Positions 12,796 through 25,313 of a stretch of DNA of 64,000 bases are shown in pieces. The position numbers and the translations under genes are program-made. Under the pieces are notes generated by a model that did not search any database, was not told where the DNA came from, and worked only from the letters and a program-made list of their open reading frames with translations. The DNA comes from Picochlorum sp. SENEW3 (lineage: Eukaryota), in the NCBI GenBank assembly GCA_034226945.1, contig CP120464.1, positions 496,001-560,000 of the forward strand, read 5' to 3'. Every line of letters begins with the position of its first letter. Within the stretch, counting starts at the first letter, position 1.

Positions 12796-14784
12796 ATGAC
12801 TTCAACAACCTCATCCCTTGCTCATTTGAAACAACAGGGAGCATTTCCCTCTGAACAAGCTGCCGTATTGGCCAGTATTGAAAATCTTGAGAAAATTGAT
12901 GGTAAAATCAGGTGCATGCTGAACGATGGAAAGGAGCAGATGAAGGCTATTCTGACATCCCAGGTTGCCAAGGATTTCGGTTCTGAACTGAAACAGTCGT
13001 ACAGGGTCAAGGTTACCGATGGTATTTTGAATACTGATGGAGAGAATAATCATATTCTTGTCATCTCGAGTCTGGAAGTGGTGGCGACAGCGACGCACGT
13101 GGCCCCCAAGACTGGGGTGGACACGCCAGCGGCAGAGACTATGAAGACTCCAGCTCCGGCAGTTCGCAAGCCAGAGGCGATCAAGACACCGGTGTCCAAG
13201 GCACAGCCGATTTCGACATTGAATCCTTATATTCATGGATGGTCAATCAAGGCCAAGGTTGTGAACAAAGGAGCGAAGAGAACGTACAATTCAAAGGCTG
13301 GGGTGCCTCAACATGTGTGTACGATTGAAGTGGTGGATGAGGAAGGCACGAGCATTGAAGCCACGTTTTGGAGGGATGCTGCCGACAAGTATTTCGACAT
13401 GTTGGAAGAAGGAAAAGTGTACACGTTTTCCAGAGGGAATGTGAAGCCAGCGAATAAGAATTATAATCGCACAAGGAATGATTATTGTTTGCACTTTGAT
13501 GCGTCATCCTTTGTGGAAGAATGTGACGAGCATATCGATGCAAGTGCGATGACGACGCGAATGAATTTTGTCGCGATTGATCAGTTGCAAGCGTTTGTGG
13601 ATAAAAAGACGTTGATTGATTTGGTCGGGGTTGTGACGTCTGTGGGCGCTGCTGGAAGTATCAAGAGGAAGAGTGATTCATCAGAGCTGCAGAGAAGGGA
13701 TGTGACTATTGCCGACTCTTCGTACGTGTTATGTATCCTTGGTTGTGTTTGGTGGTATTCTAGTCTGTATAAGGAAGAATTCACATGTTTTGTCTCCGCT
13801 GCAGTATGAAGACCGTGTCTGTGACATTGTGGGGCGAGCGTGCCGAGTCTGATGGAGAGACATTGAACAGAATGCTCATGGCTGGGCAGAATCCTATTCT
13901 CGCCGTGTCTGCATGCAGAGTGTCGTCATACAACGGTGTTACAGTATCTGCTGGTATGCGAAGTACCATTCTCATCGATCCAGATCTGGAGGAGGCCAAG
14001 GCTCTCAGGTTGTGGTATGAATCAGAGGGTGCATCTGCAACTCTTGCTCCAGCAGGGGAAGGTCTCGTAACAGCTTCAAAGTACGATATATTATTGTTAT
14101 TATATATATTGCTTCTCGTGTGTTTGAATGTTTCATCCAACATTATGATAATGATGATAATGATTGTTGCAGGCCTGGTGCCAAGAAGAGATATTCTGAT
14201 ATAGCAAGTATGCAGGAGCAGGCACCTGCCACTCCTGATACACCTCCATTGTATGCAACTGTCAACGCCATGCTCGCTTCGGTCAACCCAGATCAATCAC
14301 TGTACTACCTTGCATGCCCAGAGAACAACAGAAAGGTGACTGAGCAGGGGCCAGGGGAATTCTTCTGTGAGTATGATGGCAAGACCTATCCTCATGCTGT
14401 CAGGAGGTATATTGCTACAGCAAGAATTGTTGACAGTTCCGGCATTCTTCTGACCCAGATTTTCAATGATCAAGCCGAGATCATCTTTGGGAAACAAGCA
14501 GATAGAATGCACGAGATTAGAGAATCGGATCCTGGGGTATACAAGGCAGCCCTTGCTAAATCAACCTGGAATGAATGGACCATGCGAGTCAAATGCCAAG
14601 CACAGTACGTTATCCTGTATATATATTTTTGTCATGAACATATATCCAACTATACGAGTTTTACATATAATGCAGAGAATATAATGGGGAAATTCGTCAG
14701 AGATATGCAATTGTGGATGTGAAGCCAATAAATTATGCATTTGAAACAAGGAGAATCTTGGATCAATTGATTGAGGCACATTGA
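12796..14784 (+). CDS. RPA1: Replication protein A 70 kDa subunit, 4 exons
   Basis: PISTLNPY..WSIKAKV, OB folds, YYLACP; introns ~13722-13804, ~14081-14172, ~14605-14675. Confidence 0.92.
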
Positions 14785-14792
14785 TTATAATA

Positions 14793-16004
14793 TCACAATA
14801 TGTTGCACGCATCAATAAATCCGCTTTTTCTTTTGTAATATTCATCTAAACGTACAGTAGCGTATTCCATGTAATCGAAATCGATACTCGACCACTTGGC
14901 CTGTAGGATTCCCCAAGCAGCCCAGTACAGATGTGATGCCAAAGAAAACAGGTTGGCCTCCTTCACCACTTGAGCAATCTCCTCTTGCGTCTGCATACAC
15001 ATGAATATGGGATCAATCAATCGATCACTAGAAACTAGATGTTTTCATACTATTGCATACGCACCGGTACACCACGACCTGCATGGTACACCTCCAAATA
15101 TGCTTTGATAAACTCGTTTGCCCGTTCTGGATATTTTGAGTAGTCCCCATCAAAGCCTGCGTACTCGCAGAAATGATTTCCCAAATCAAACCCTCGAGGA
15201 GCCCAATCAGCATATTCAAAATCAATAAATGTCATCTGCTTCACCCGACCATCCTTCACGTCCACCATGATGTTCCCACTCAACAAGTCATTGTGTGCAT
15301 ACACTGCTGGGCTGTCCAACTGGCATGCAACATGAGACAACATGTCAACCTCCCCCAGCACAGCATCAACATCAATCTTCTCCAACAACTTCATATGATG
15401 TTCATTATCACTAAAATCCAATTGTTTCGCCGTATGCAGCCATTCTTTGACTCGTTCAAAAGGAGTTGGCAGCGTTGTCGGTGGCTCCCATGCCTTGGAA
15501 ATCAAGTGAAACCTTGCAAGCGTTCTTGCAATGTCATACTTGAACATGTCTTTGGCAATGTCATCCGGATCTAGACACGTCAACTCTAAAAATGATTCAA
15601 TCCGCCCATTGTGAAAGGTCCCTACCACATGGGGCCCAAATCCATGAGAGTGCAGTGTGCTCATGGTTTTAACCTCCTCCTCCCTGTCTATGAATTTCTC
15701 AGTATTGTCCCCATACACCCTCAGAACGATACTTTTTGGAACAACAGATTCATCTCTTATTGAAATCTTGTACAGAGCATTACTAATACCGCCTGAAATC
15801 GTCGAAACCTGAAGAAATCAATTGAAATTACTTGGCAATGATTCTTCTTTATGCTCTTGATGCACATCAATGCAACCGTACCTCGATATCATCGAATCTA
15901 GCCTCTTTCCAAGTATCTATCAATGAATTGCAGACGGCAATGAGCTCTTTGTTGAGCTCAAGCCCTTGCAACTTGTGTTTCACAGCTAGTTCACAAGATC
16001 GCAT
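14793..16004 (-). CDS. Choline/ethanolamine kinase, 3 exons
   Basis: ISGGISN, LRVYGDNTE, HNDLLSGN, FIDFEY, FDLGNHFCEYAG, LASHLYWAAWG. Confidence 0.9.
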
Positions 16005-16137
16005 ATCAGTGCGATATAGAACGCTGAATCAATTTTAAAAGACAAATTATGAAATAAAATTATTCCATCCACGTGTAGAAAGTCAGGCTGAACCATCAGG
16101 CATGGATGGGATTTATAAAAGTTTCTTTTTTAGACAG

Positions 16138-19100
16138 TCAAGGACAGCTGTCCTGCAGGACAAGGTACACGAATGCGGCAATACTGGCCCTCAAGGTACC
16201 GCGATACGATGCCATGGAAGCTGTGGTAGTTTCCTGCGAAACTGGTGATCCTGAAGCATCTTCTTCAATGCCTGCGCTAATTGGAGCATCTGTGGCTGTT
16301 CCCTGATCTGAGTTGAATGCTGGGGACACCGGTGCTGTGGTGGTGGCAAGGGGTGGAATTGTCAAGGGATTCTGGAAATAATTTTGAGGGTCATACTGCG
16401 TCTTTATTGTTCTGAGTCTCTGTAAATTGGCTCCGTAATATCCCAAAAGGCTGGGAGTCTGGATATCAAGATAGTTGATGACTCTTGGAGGCTACAGGAC
16501 ACGGAAAATCTTTGTCATCATTGGTTAAATGCGAGTATTCAAACATGTAGAGCATTTGATCGAGTCAACGTACCGCTGGTTTGCTCAAGTATGGGGTCAT
16601 CTCATTGTCAAGCTTTACTGTCTGGCCAATGAGCTTGTTGGAATTCTGTTTCTTTTCCCATTCATTTCCAAATTGCACAGAGTATAGCGCAGTTCTGTAT
16701 GTGTATGCTGTTGCATCACTTGCGATTGATGCGATTTTGCCCTACAGGAGTGATATTATATTATGTGTGTCAACATCAATGTGGATATGCAACTACAAGA
16801 CTTAGTGATCACCTGTCAAATACAACATACCTTTGGTCCCATGAGATCGAATTCAATAAAGCCATCTTTATTCTGCTTTGCCCAATCCAACATTTTCTCA
16901 AACGCCTCTTTTGGAAGTGGCTTCGACGGAATAATGTAAAACGAATTGAGATTGAAATAGTCTCTGTATTTCGCTTCGATGTTTTTTGTTTTTGCCATGT
17001 CCTCTGGTTTTTTGACAGAAGGATACTCTGCAAATTTGATTGCTGACTCAATCCAGGACATCTGCTGCGAATTTATCTTGTTACTGAAGCCAAACATTTT
17101 GGATGATTTCAAGACATTATCAAGATTTGACTTCTCACCCAAATAGAGGCCCTGAACCTCTACCTGGCCGTCCTCGACATTCATCTGGACTCCACTGATC
17201 AATGGATCTGCAGCGTCTGGTACAACATTTTGCATGTGCTCCAGAAAAGCCACTAAATCTTTTCCTGCATCAAAGAAAAGCTGAAATTTATACTCTTGCG
17301 AAAAGATACCCTACATTTCAATAGAGAGACGTACTGACGACAAAGTCAAAGGTTGTCACTTTGGGTGGCACATTGACAGTCTTGATCGTATATTCTGTGA
17401 CGATACCAAAGTTTCCTCCTGCAGCATTCACATGCTTGGATTTATCACAATACAGATTCACAATATCATCTCATATGACATACCTCCTCCTCCACATGAT
17501 GCCCAGAACAGGTCTTTATTCTGAGAGGGGCTTGCCTGAATGGTTTCTCCTTGATAATTGATCATTGTGAGGCTCAGCACCTGATCGCATGCAAGTCCAA
17601 ACATTCTGTTCAAAAAGCCGATACCACCTCCTAACAAGTGTCCACCTACGCCCACAGCTGGACACGTTCCACCGACAACGGCATATTTTCCTTTGGATTG
17701 CTTCCAAATCTCATAGTACAGTTCGCCAAGAGTTGTGCCTCCTTGAACAAGAGCAGAGGAATCTTGGTTCAGAGTTACCTTTTTCATCTTGTTCAGATCT
17801 ATAGTCACAGCAGACGACAGCACGCTGAACCCATCGTATGAATGCCCTCCACTTTTGGGGACAGATCGGACTCCATTTCTGTACATGCAACCCACAGCCT
17901 TGCCAACATCTGCAGTGGATGCTGGCTCCACAACTGCCAAAGCCACAGTGTCATTCAGTTTATTCCACACCAAACTTTTTTCCTTGAGCCGAGGTCCACC
18001 TGTGATGACCGAAAGTTTCTCATCCTTCATACATTTCACAGCCAGGTTTAGCTTTTCTTTTGTCGTCAGCTCTTTTGCAGGAGGGGAACTGGGAGGTTTT
18101 TCAGCTGGTGGAGAGGGTACTGGCTTTGCAGGTACTGTTGGCGTTTGTGATGCGGGTATAAGAAGACCTGAATCATCAGAAGATGAAATAAAGTTGAATG
18201 CTGGATCATATCCCGGCGAACCTTTGACGATTTCTGGCCAAGGACACAGTGCTCGGCCAAGGTCAACAGCTTTCAAATAGATGGGCACCTGCTCTTTCTT
18301 GCCAGAATCAATACATTCAAGGGTAACCGTGGCATACCCTTCGTATTCTTTTGTGGTTGGCTGCAACAAGGACAAAAGTATAAGCAAACTGGTACAAAAG
18401 ACATGCTATATGACATAAAACGGCGTACATTATAGCAAGCTTTGTCTGTCTTTGTGCTCACATAAGCATTGCAGCCTTTATTGATATTAGCGAGGTCATA
18501 TTTGTATACATTTTCCACTTGATGTCTGAACTCCCAGTCTTGGGTAAAATCCTTGTCCTGATCCTTCTCAATGACCACTGCTTGTGTTCCAGCAGGGCAG
18601 TCGTCTACAAGCAACATCACATGCCAATTGTTATTCAAATCCAAAACATCAGCCTGTCTAACAAACAACTTACAGTTTTTCGGCATTTTGGCCTCCTTGC
18701 TTTGAAGCACGCGCATGGGGGACAATAAAGGATCCGCTTGTGCAAAACACTGCTTGGTCTGGAAAACAATTTCAAGATCCTCAACCTTCTTACTTCTGCA
18801 GTTCTTGTACCGGTATCTAGCAGTGTTTTTAGTCACACCCCCGCCAAGATCCTGAAAGATATGATAAGATAAAAAGTCTTAGTCACAAGTCAACGATCGC
18901 TGGTCAGGAACTCATTCAACGAAGGCAGGTGCCTTTGCCAACCTGAGAGTGTGTCTACTACATTCCAGGCAATGCAAGACTACGTACCTCCTTGCAAAGA
19001 CTCTGCGCTCGATAATTTATCGACTTTTTATCTCTTAAGAAATCACCTCCAGACTCGCATTTATCTTGTCGATTGTTCCATAACTCGAAAATATAACGGG

Positions 19101-19197
19101 CAAGCGAGGCGTCGTCTTTGGATACCTTGCAAGTCTTTTGTGCGAGGGATGATGATGCAAAGAGCAAAACTGCATGCAAAGATCTAATATTTATCAC
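16138..19197 (-). CDS. FAD-linked oxidase (berberine bridge enzyme-like) with a Cys-containing N-terminal extension; multi-exon, start codon unresolved
   Basis: KSGGHSYDG, GGTCPAVGVGGHLLGGGIG, DLFWASCGGGG|GNFGIVT, YYGANLQRLRTIKTQYDPQNYF; upstream exons joined through GT-AG introns. Confidence 0.85.
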
Positions 19198-20090
19198 CGT
19201 TTCAGTTAAATCATCAAAAGGATTCGGTGCGTACGGATGGAAACTCGCAGCAGCAAGCCCGCGGTCTTGCCCATGGTGTTCTACTTGGCCTTGATTCGTG
19301 GGAGACGGATTGTTTTCTCAGCGCAATATTCTTGAAGAATGCTGAAAATAAGATGGAAAATAAATGTGAATCGCACATTGCAATCATCACGGGTATCGTT
19401 GACCCTTGCGATGCATCAGCCATGGCGCGACGTCCCAATCGACTGCATGCAGTTTTCAAATATCAAGTTGCTTGTCAATCTTCTACTGTTGCGACGAACC
19501 CTGGTGGATTCCCTTGCTTATTCACGCATATATAGGGCAGGGTAGCAAAAAGGAGTCCTAGATTTGGAGAATACGTAAACAGAGATTGTCGTGCAGGGCC
19601 CTATATTCTAGATGTGCTCCTAGACAGACAAAGGGCCTTGCAGTTCATCACATGCTGCTTACTGTATCCGGTTGTCAGATCGCAGTAAATCGCATTGTAA
19701 AATCTTGAATGCGAAAAAATAAATGAATCGTAGATACAGAGTTAAATGCAGATCAGTGGCATGTTTGCATCCCACCAACTTGGAAGACTATTTTCTTTCC
19801 TTGTTGTGCCAGTCGTTTACTGCTGAAAACGCTCTAGATCAATACGATTATATTATTCTCTCTTATTATTCTCTCGAGAACAGTGGTCTCATTGCTGAAT
19901 AGAAAAGTTTGACTGATCACTGATTGCTTGTTTCATCAACCAAAGAGTCCCAAAGATTGGGCATCCTGCATGTCATGATCATGTTTTGAGTAATATACAT
20001 CCACAATACGACATGATGTGTGCTTGAAGACATCCACACCTTTTTCTCATCATCAGAAAATGGCAACACATGCCATTGCAAGCCTGGCCC

Positions 20091-20998
20091 TCAAGGACAT
20101 GTAGTAAAGGCATTGGATGGTGACCCTTTTGATAAGGCAGTGTATATATAAGAAGACACGTAGCATGTGTAATTGTCATTTGGCACGTAATTTGAGGCAA
20201 TGCTTGTAATCGTCAACGAAGTCTCTCCTGCAATTGCTGATCCTGAGACAGGGTCCGCTGAACCATCTCGAATGCAATTGATTAGATACCCAGTCGCTGA
20301 TGCAATGCTGTCCCAAGAAACTGTGAAACTCTGTTCAGCGCAGTTCAATATTACATTCACATTTGCAGGAGGCTGAATGATGGAACTGTTAAATGTTTCC
20401 TCAGGCTCGGGACACTCCAAGTACCCAGAATAATATCGAGTACTTTCCCTCAGATTCAGCTCAGATAAGCCTGATAGGAGAGTGCATTTTGCCGTTTTTG
20501 GATTGAATACAAAAGCTTCGCATGACTGTGTGCCTGTGAAAGCACCATTGATAATATTCTGCGAATCTCCATTCTGTTCCCAGTCCATCACACAGGCTTG
20601 ACCACATTTTGCAAGGGATCTACTGCCACTAGTTAAGGTGTAGATACCAACTATGTCACCATCTCTATAGTACCTGCATAAACAATATGAGTAGCTATCT
20701 TGTCAATACAACAATTATGCAAAAGAGGCTGAATACATGGTGTCTCCGGACCCAAGGAGTCAGTGTGCTTCCTGGATTAGGTATATCTTATAGATGGTTT
20801 AGATGGCACATACGTTTTCCCTATATTGTAGTTTACATAGCTCTGGTATTCTGAGCTAGAGACACCTTCGCAGACACCAGAAATCAAGGTTTCCCTTGAA
20901 CTTGATCCTTTCTGAGCAGTCACATTGCTCTCAACAAAAACTCCCAAGAGAAGCAAACACAAGGGAGCCACAATCGCGTTCCCGGGAAGAGTCGCCAT
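20091..20998 (-). CDS. Secreted PAN/Apple-like protein with C-terminal FN3-like domain, 2 exons
   Basis: Signal peptide; intron ~20813-20674; YYRDGDIV...KCGQAC...CEAFVFN...CTL; then PPANV...FTVSWD...GYLI...YTCYV. Confidence 0.7.
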
Positions 20999-21550
20999 CC
21001 TTTATGTATATATATTCGTCCCGATTTTACTCGTATATTCGTGAAGGGGCCAGTGAGGGGTCTGTGGGTCCTTGCTGCGCGGTCTTGTCAGAAGTTGGAC
21101 AGCCCCTATCGAGTTGAAGTATCCGACAGATATAACGCTGCAAACAGTTGGATAGGTGTCAAACTTTATGTATAACTATACCTTTTTTTATAGGGGATTA
21201 TTACACAGTCGAGAAATATGACGAATATCTTCCAAATCATACAAGCCCCACAGGAGGAAATCCCTAAATAAAATGTTGAGGAATTTATAAAGGGATACAA
21301 AACCTCCTGACCTGTACATTGTCCATTGGACATACTCCTCTGTAGTGTTTTGTTTGAGCGAGTGTAGCATAGTGAATGAAACAGATTTCCTCGACCTTCC
21401 ATATGACGACTGCTCCAGGTTGTGAAATTTTTACCATGGGTACCACTAAACCGTACAGGAGCAGTTGGGCCGTCATACTTCAGGCAAATCTGACTATAGT
21501 CTCTCTTGGAATGCTGATGTTTGTCCTGGAAGTGGCAAGCGCTTCCTTGT

Positions 21551-22015
21551 TCACTGCACGAGTGTCACTGATCTGTTTCTAGTCAGGGTCCATATCAGGG
21601 GTTTCTGTAACACCCAGCGATTGTTAGCAGGTTGCCATTTCAGGAATGGCAACTCTTTCATTGTTGGCGATGGTGGAGGGAAGCTTGGCTTTCGTTGTTT
21701 CAGCAGTTCCCAGAAGTACTGCTCTGCTGTGTGGCTGGCCTTTCTGATGATATCCTGTGGCTGTGGTGGATGTTCTGTGGTGGAGTGGTGGAGGAGTCTG
21801 TAGGCTGTTTTACGGCCCACATCCAAAGCATTGATGGTAATAATACTAATCTCAGTCCATATGGCATCGTCCACATCCTTTGGAGATGTGTTGCTCCATA
21901 TGTTGTGAAGAAGGAGTTGGAAATGGCTGTTTGTTCCAGCAAGCATGCTTTCTGGTTTGAGGAGGCTGTAGACATGTTTGGCAATAGGGCATTCTCGGGC
22001 ATAATGGTCCATTGA
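21551..22015 (-). mobile_element. 5'-truncated relic of a non-LTR (L1/Tx1-like) retrotransposon ORF2 C-terminus
   Basis: DHYARECPIAKHV (end of a zf-RVT-like motif), HNIW...W..I...INALDVGRK...FWELL...PFLKW pattern; no RT core, TSD or poly(A) seen. Confidence 0.55.
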
Positions 22016-22431
22016 TGCCTTCGAACCTTATATACAATAAAATAAGGCAGTTATTCTTGCCACCTTCAACGCGTAAATCTCGATAGTATGTTGAATCCCC
22101 TTCTTCGGGGACTCGTTGTTGGTTACGTTACGGCTTGCCTGCCGTCGCGTAATTTATGAATCATAGCCGACATGGATTTTTTTCAGCTAAAGTTTATCTG
22201 CTCAAAATGTACGATGGCAATGTGTGAGAAATACTAGGATGGCTGATTGTTTCATTCTACGTTTATGTCGCACTCTGCCAGGCGTTTAGGTTATTCGAAC
22301 AGATCCAGGCAATTCAAGGTTCTTGATTACAAGTCTTGATAGATGCAATAAATGTGTATGCGAAATGCGGCTGCATATGGCAGGCAGATATGAATGAGTA
22401 GAGTTGCAAATAATTATATATATGCTGTCCT

Positions 22432-23038
22432 TCAAATCTTTGGCACGAGGTCCTGGGTTAACACATGAATAACTGCATTATCAGCCCTCAGGTTCCTCTT
22501 ATACAATTTGACCTCGTTCTTCTTCTCATCGATGATTCTCTTGGACTTTCCCTTAATTTTCGTCGAGACTTGATGCCCACTCAGCTGAGAATCCCAGGCA
22601 CGGATACCTTTGGGCATATCTTTTGTCTTCAGACGCTCTGAGGGAATAATGTGGTAGTTCAGGAGATCTGCTAGCTCACCCATGTCCTCCACGCTCGCCT
22701 CCATCGCCTCTGCAGCTTTATCGGTTAGAGCAAACACCGTTCCTTTAAATTTCGGGTCATCCAAGAGTGTCTGAAACCCGTACTCGAGATCCAGCATATC
22801 AATGATCCCAATGAATTTGTTGAGATTCTTTTTTCTCAGCTTATCGTACACCGTCATAGCGTTTGTAACACCTGGAATACACAAAAAAACCGGTGGAAAT
22901 ATTATAATATTGAACGATGTTGTATCTTTCAGCAGGCAGCCAAAGGCACATGCATATAGTGCCCACCGGGCGAGTACCGGGCGAGCACCTACACATACCT
23001 GAGGCAAGGAGAGCAAAAACAAGAATTGACGCAAGCAT
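22432..23038 (-). CDS. Secreted fasciclin (FAS1)-domain protein, 2 exons
   Basis: Signal MLASILVFALLAS, intron 22998-22872, TVFALTDKA, LLNYHIIP, ADNAVIHVL. Confidence 0.85.
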
Positions 23039-23319
23039 CTTCGTGACAGTTACTAGTAGTTGAGAGAAATCTGGAATAGTTGATCACTTTGCAGAACTAT
23101 AGTACTGAAATTTTAGTATACCGCGACAGATAGAGGTCTCTCGAACGTAGATAGCCAATATCGAACGTGCCCGGATACGTGTGTCCTGGATTTTTTTCTT
23201 ATGAAAGGCGCTAAAACTTTGGCGCTACAACAATGGGCGTACACTGTTTACTAAATCTACAATATTTGATAATCACTGTAAAACAAATGAGGAGGAGAAT
23301 GAATGTAGGGTCTCTCTTG

Positions 23320-24207
23320 GCAATTACGTTACGCAAGGGCGATGTCACCTAACCCTTTACGCGACGTAACAAAAGATCATGTGGACATTTACGAGACGCA
23401 ACGTAAAGCCGATTGCACCAGAATTCTATAACTAGACGGGTGAACTTCTAATCTAATCAGTGTAAACATAATTATACATATCAAGCCCAAGTCAGTATAC
23501 ATAGAGAAGGTATACTTTGAAGTACTCGACCTTGAGCACCATGAAAGGCTCGTTCTTTATTCTCCTGGCCATCATCTGTGCCTCGTTTTGTCTGTGCCAT
23601 GGCACCTCAACCCGGAAGGTGCTGAATTCTGCTGCCCGGGAAGCGACACTGAGCGGCCGCTGCATGACGCTTGAGCATGAGACCTCCTTAACTGACGCTG
23701 AGGGGGATCTTCTTGCAGCAACAGCAGATGCTGACAATCAACTCCAAGAGTTGCGCTCCTCGTATGTGAAATACAATACAAAAAAGAGGTGTGATAACTT
23801 TGTTATGCAGTATCACTGACAAGCATTGAAAATGGCAAATTACCCTTGTATCATATGACCCTGCAGCATGTACCGTGATGGAGATGTCCTGGAAGTCTAT
23901 GAACTAAGAGACAGATACAGAAGTCTGGCCGGATGCGCGAATGCCTGCTTGCTTGATTGGGCAATGAATAAGAAATTGAATCAAACTAAAGCCATTACAG
24001 AGGGTACTGATTGGAATCCATCGAAAACAGAGATTGACCCGATCAGAGAGTGCGAGTATTTCAATTTCAACATTGACACTGGTAAATGCACTCTCATCTC
24101 GGGACAAACGTCAACGCAGCTCACCTCAAGTGACAACTATTGGTCTGGGAAGCTGATCTGCGCAGATCTTGACAATATTCAGGACTGGGCCGAGCAGGTG
24201 GTGGCTG
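23320..24207 (+). repeat. Direct segmental duplication, copy 1 (upstream region plus PAN gene)
   Basis: Aligns to 25314-26211, near-identical apart from divergent internal patches. Confidence 0.9.
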
Positions 24208-24212
24208 GATAA
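23541..24212 (+). CDS. Secreted PAN/Apple-like protein, copy A, 2 exons
   Basis: Signal peptide, intron 23789-23866, CANAC...CEYFNFN...KCTLI...YWSG. Confidence 0.75.
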
Positions 24213-25063
24213 GAAATAAACCCTGAGAAACACATCCCATGGATCACTCTTGCTGGGTCTTGTTCAATGGATTATTAACCCTAAGAATTAATATCTTGCA
24301 TAGATGTTCCTGGTTCTTTATGCAGCACTAATGCACCAAGTGCAATGCGGACCAAGACCATCTTTTGTTATTGCAACTTTGAAGGAGCTGTCAAGAAACA
24401 TTGAAGTTTGCAGCGCATGTCATCATATTTTTTTCGTTACGATGTAAGAAATATAAAAAATTGTGACCAGGATATATAGAGAGGCAATAGGCGGAACTCA
24501 AGCAATTATTATTTTTGTGGCTTCGTTGCCCTGTTCTGAACAGTGCTGCTGCATTGTTCAGTGTTGTCCTCATGTTTTTGTACATGAGGACAAAGCAGCG
24601 TAGTTGCACCGATGGAGCTGTAGGCCAAATGTCTTGAGGATTTCGTTGAGTAATTCTATGGATTTTCTTTTTGAGTATGGAATTGCTCGCAATGTTCCCA
24701 ACATTCGGGGATGAGATATTGCATAGCAAGGATCGTTTCTAAATATGGAATACCATGAACTCGATTTTCTCCTGCCAATTCAAATCAATACTAAGCTCCA
24801 GGGTATAGTGCATATAGTGCATGCAAAGTTCTCTTACAGAACAGATGTGCCCGGATTTGTGTTTTCTTCAAATACGATGTCCCCATGACCATGCAATATC
24901 TCCAAACCCTCCCAGATGCGCTGCGAGGAAGGGGGGATCGATCATCGCAAGAGCTGCGAAGAAGATTCCTTACCAGTTCGCAACTGTTTGTTTGCGGTTA
25001 GCCATCCTCAGGCCACTCCACGGCAGCAGCCAGGTGGATGAGGAAGGACCCCACCCGTGTCGA

Positions 25064-25301
25064 ACACATGTGTCCAAACTGTACAGTTTGGATCCTGACA
25101 AATTTGTCGGCTTTAATTAAAGCTTTATAAAGCCGGAGAACAGAATCGAATGTGCTAGGAACGTTCCTATCTGTCAACAGATATCTGTTCCTAATTCAAA
25201 TTCAATGCATCCTAATTAGCCCCGTGTGCAATGTTCTCTAATACCTCCTCAATTGTTTTTTTTTCAGAAACGAATGAATTCATGAAAACCCTGATCAGGG
25301 T
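25064..25301. repeat. Chain of short perfect palindromes
   Basis: acacatgtgt, tccaaactgtacagtttgga, gacaaatttgtc, gctttaattaaagc, gctttataaagc, taggaacgttccta, aacagatatctgtt, atgaattcat, accctgatcagggt. Confidence 0.9.
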
Positions 25302-25313
25302 GCATGTATTTTT

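Noticed and set aside
23348..23356. cctaaccct telomere-like motif (also at ~25342)
   Set aside because: Only about 1.5 repeats, and the second copy comes from the duplication.
25064..25301. CRISPR-like array
   Set aside because: The palindromes are all different, with no constant repeat or spacer periodicity, and the context is eukaryotic.
25283..25310. tgaaaaccctgatcagggt resembles the TPP riboswitch core
   Set aside because: It lacks the upstream UGAGA and downstream AAUGCCUGCG-AGGGA elements, there is no thiamine gene nearby, and it is explained as one of the palindromes.
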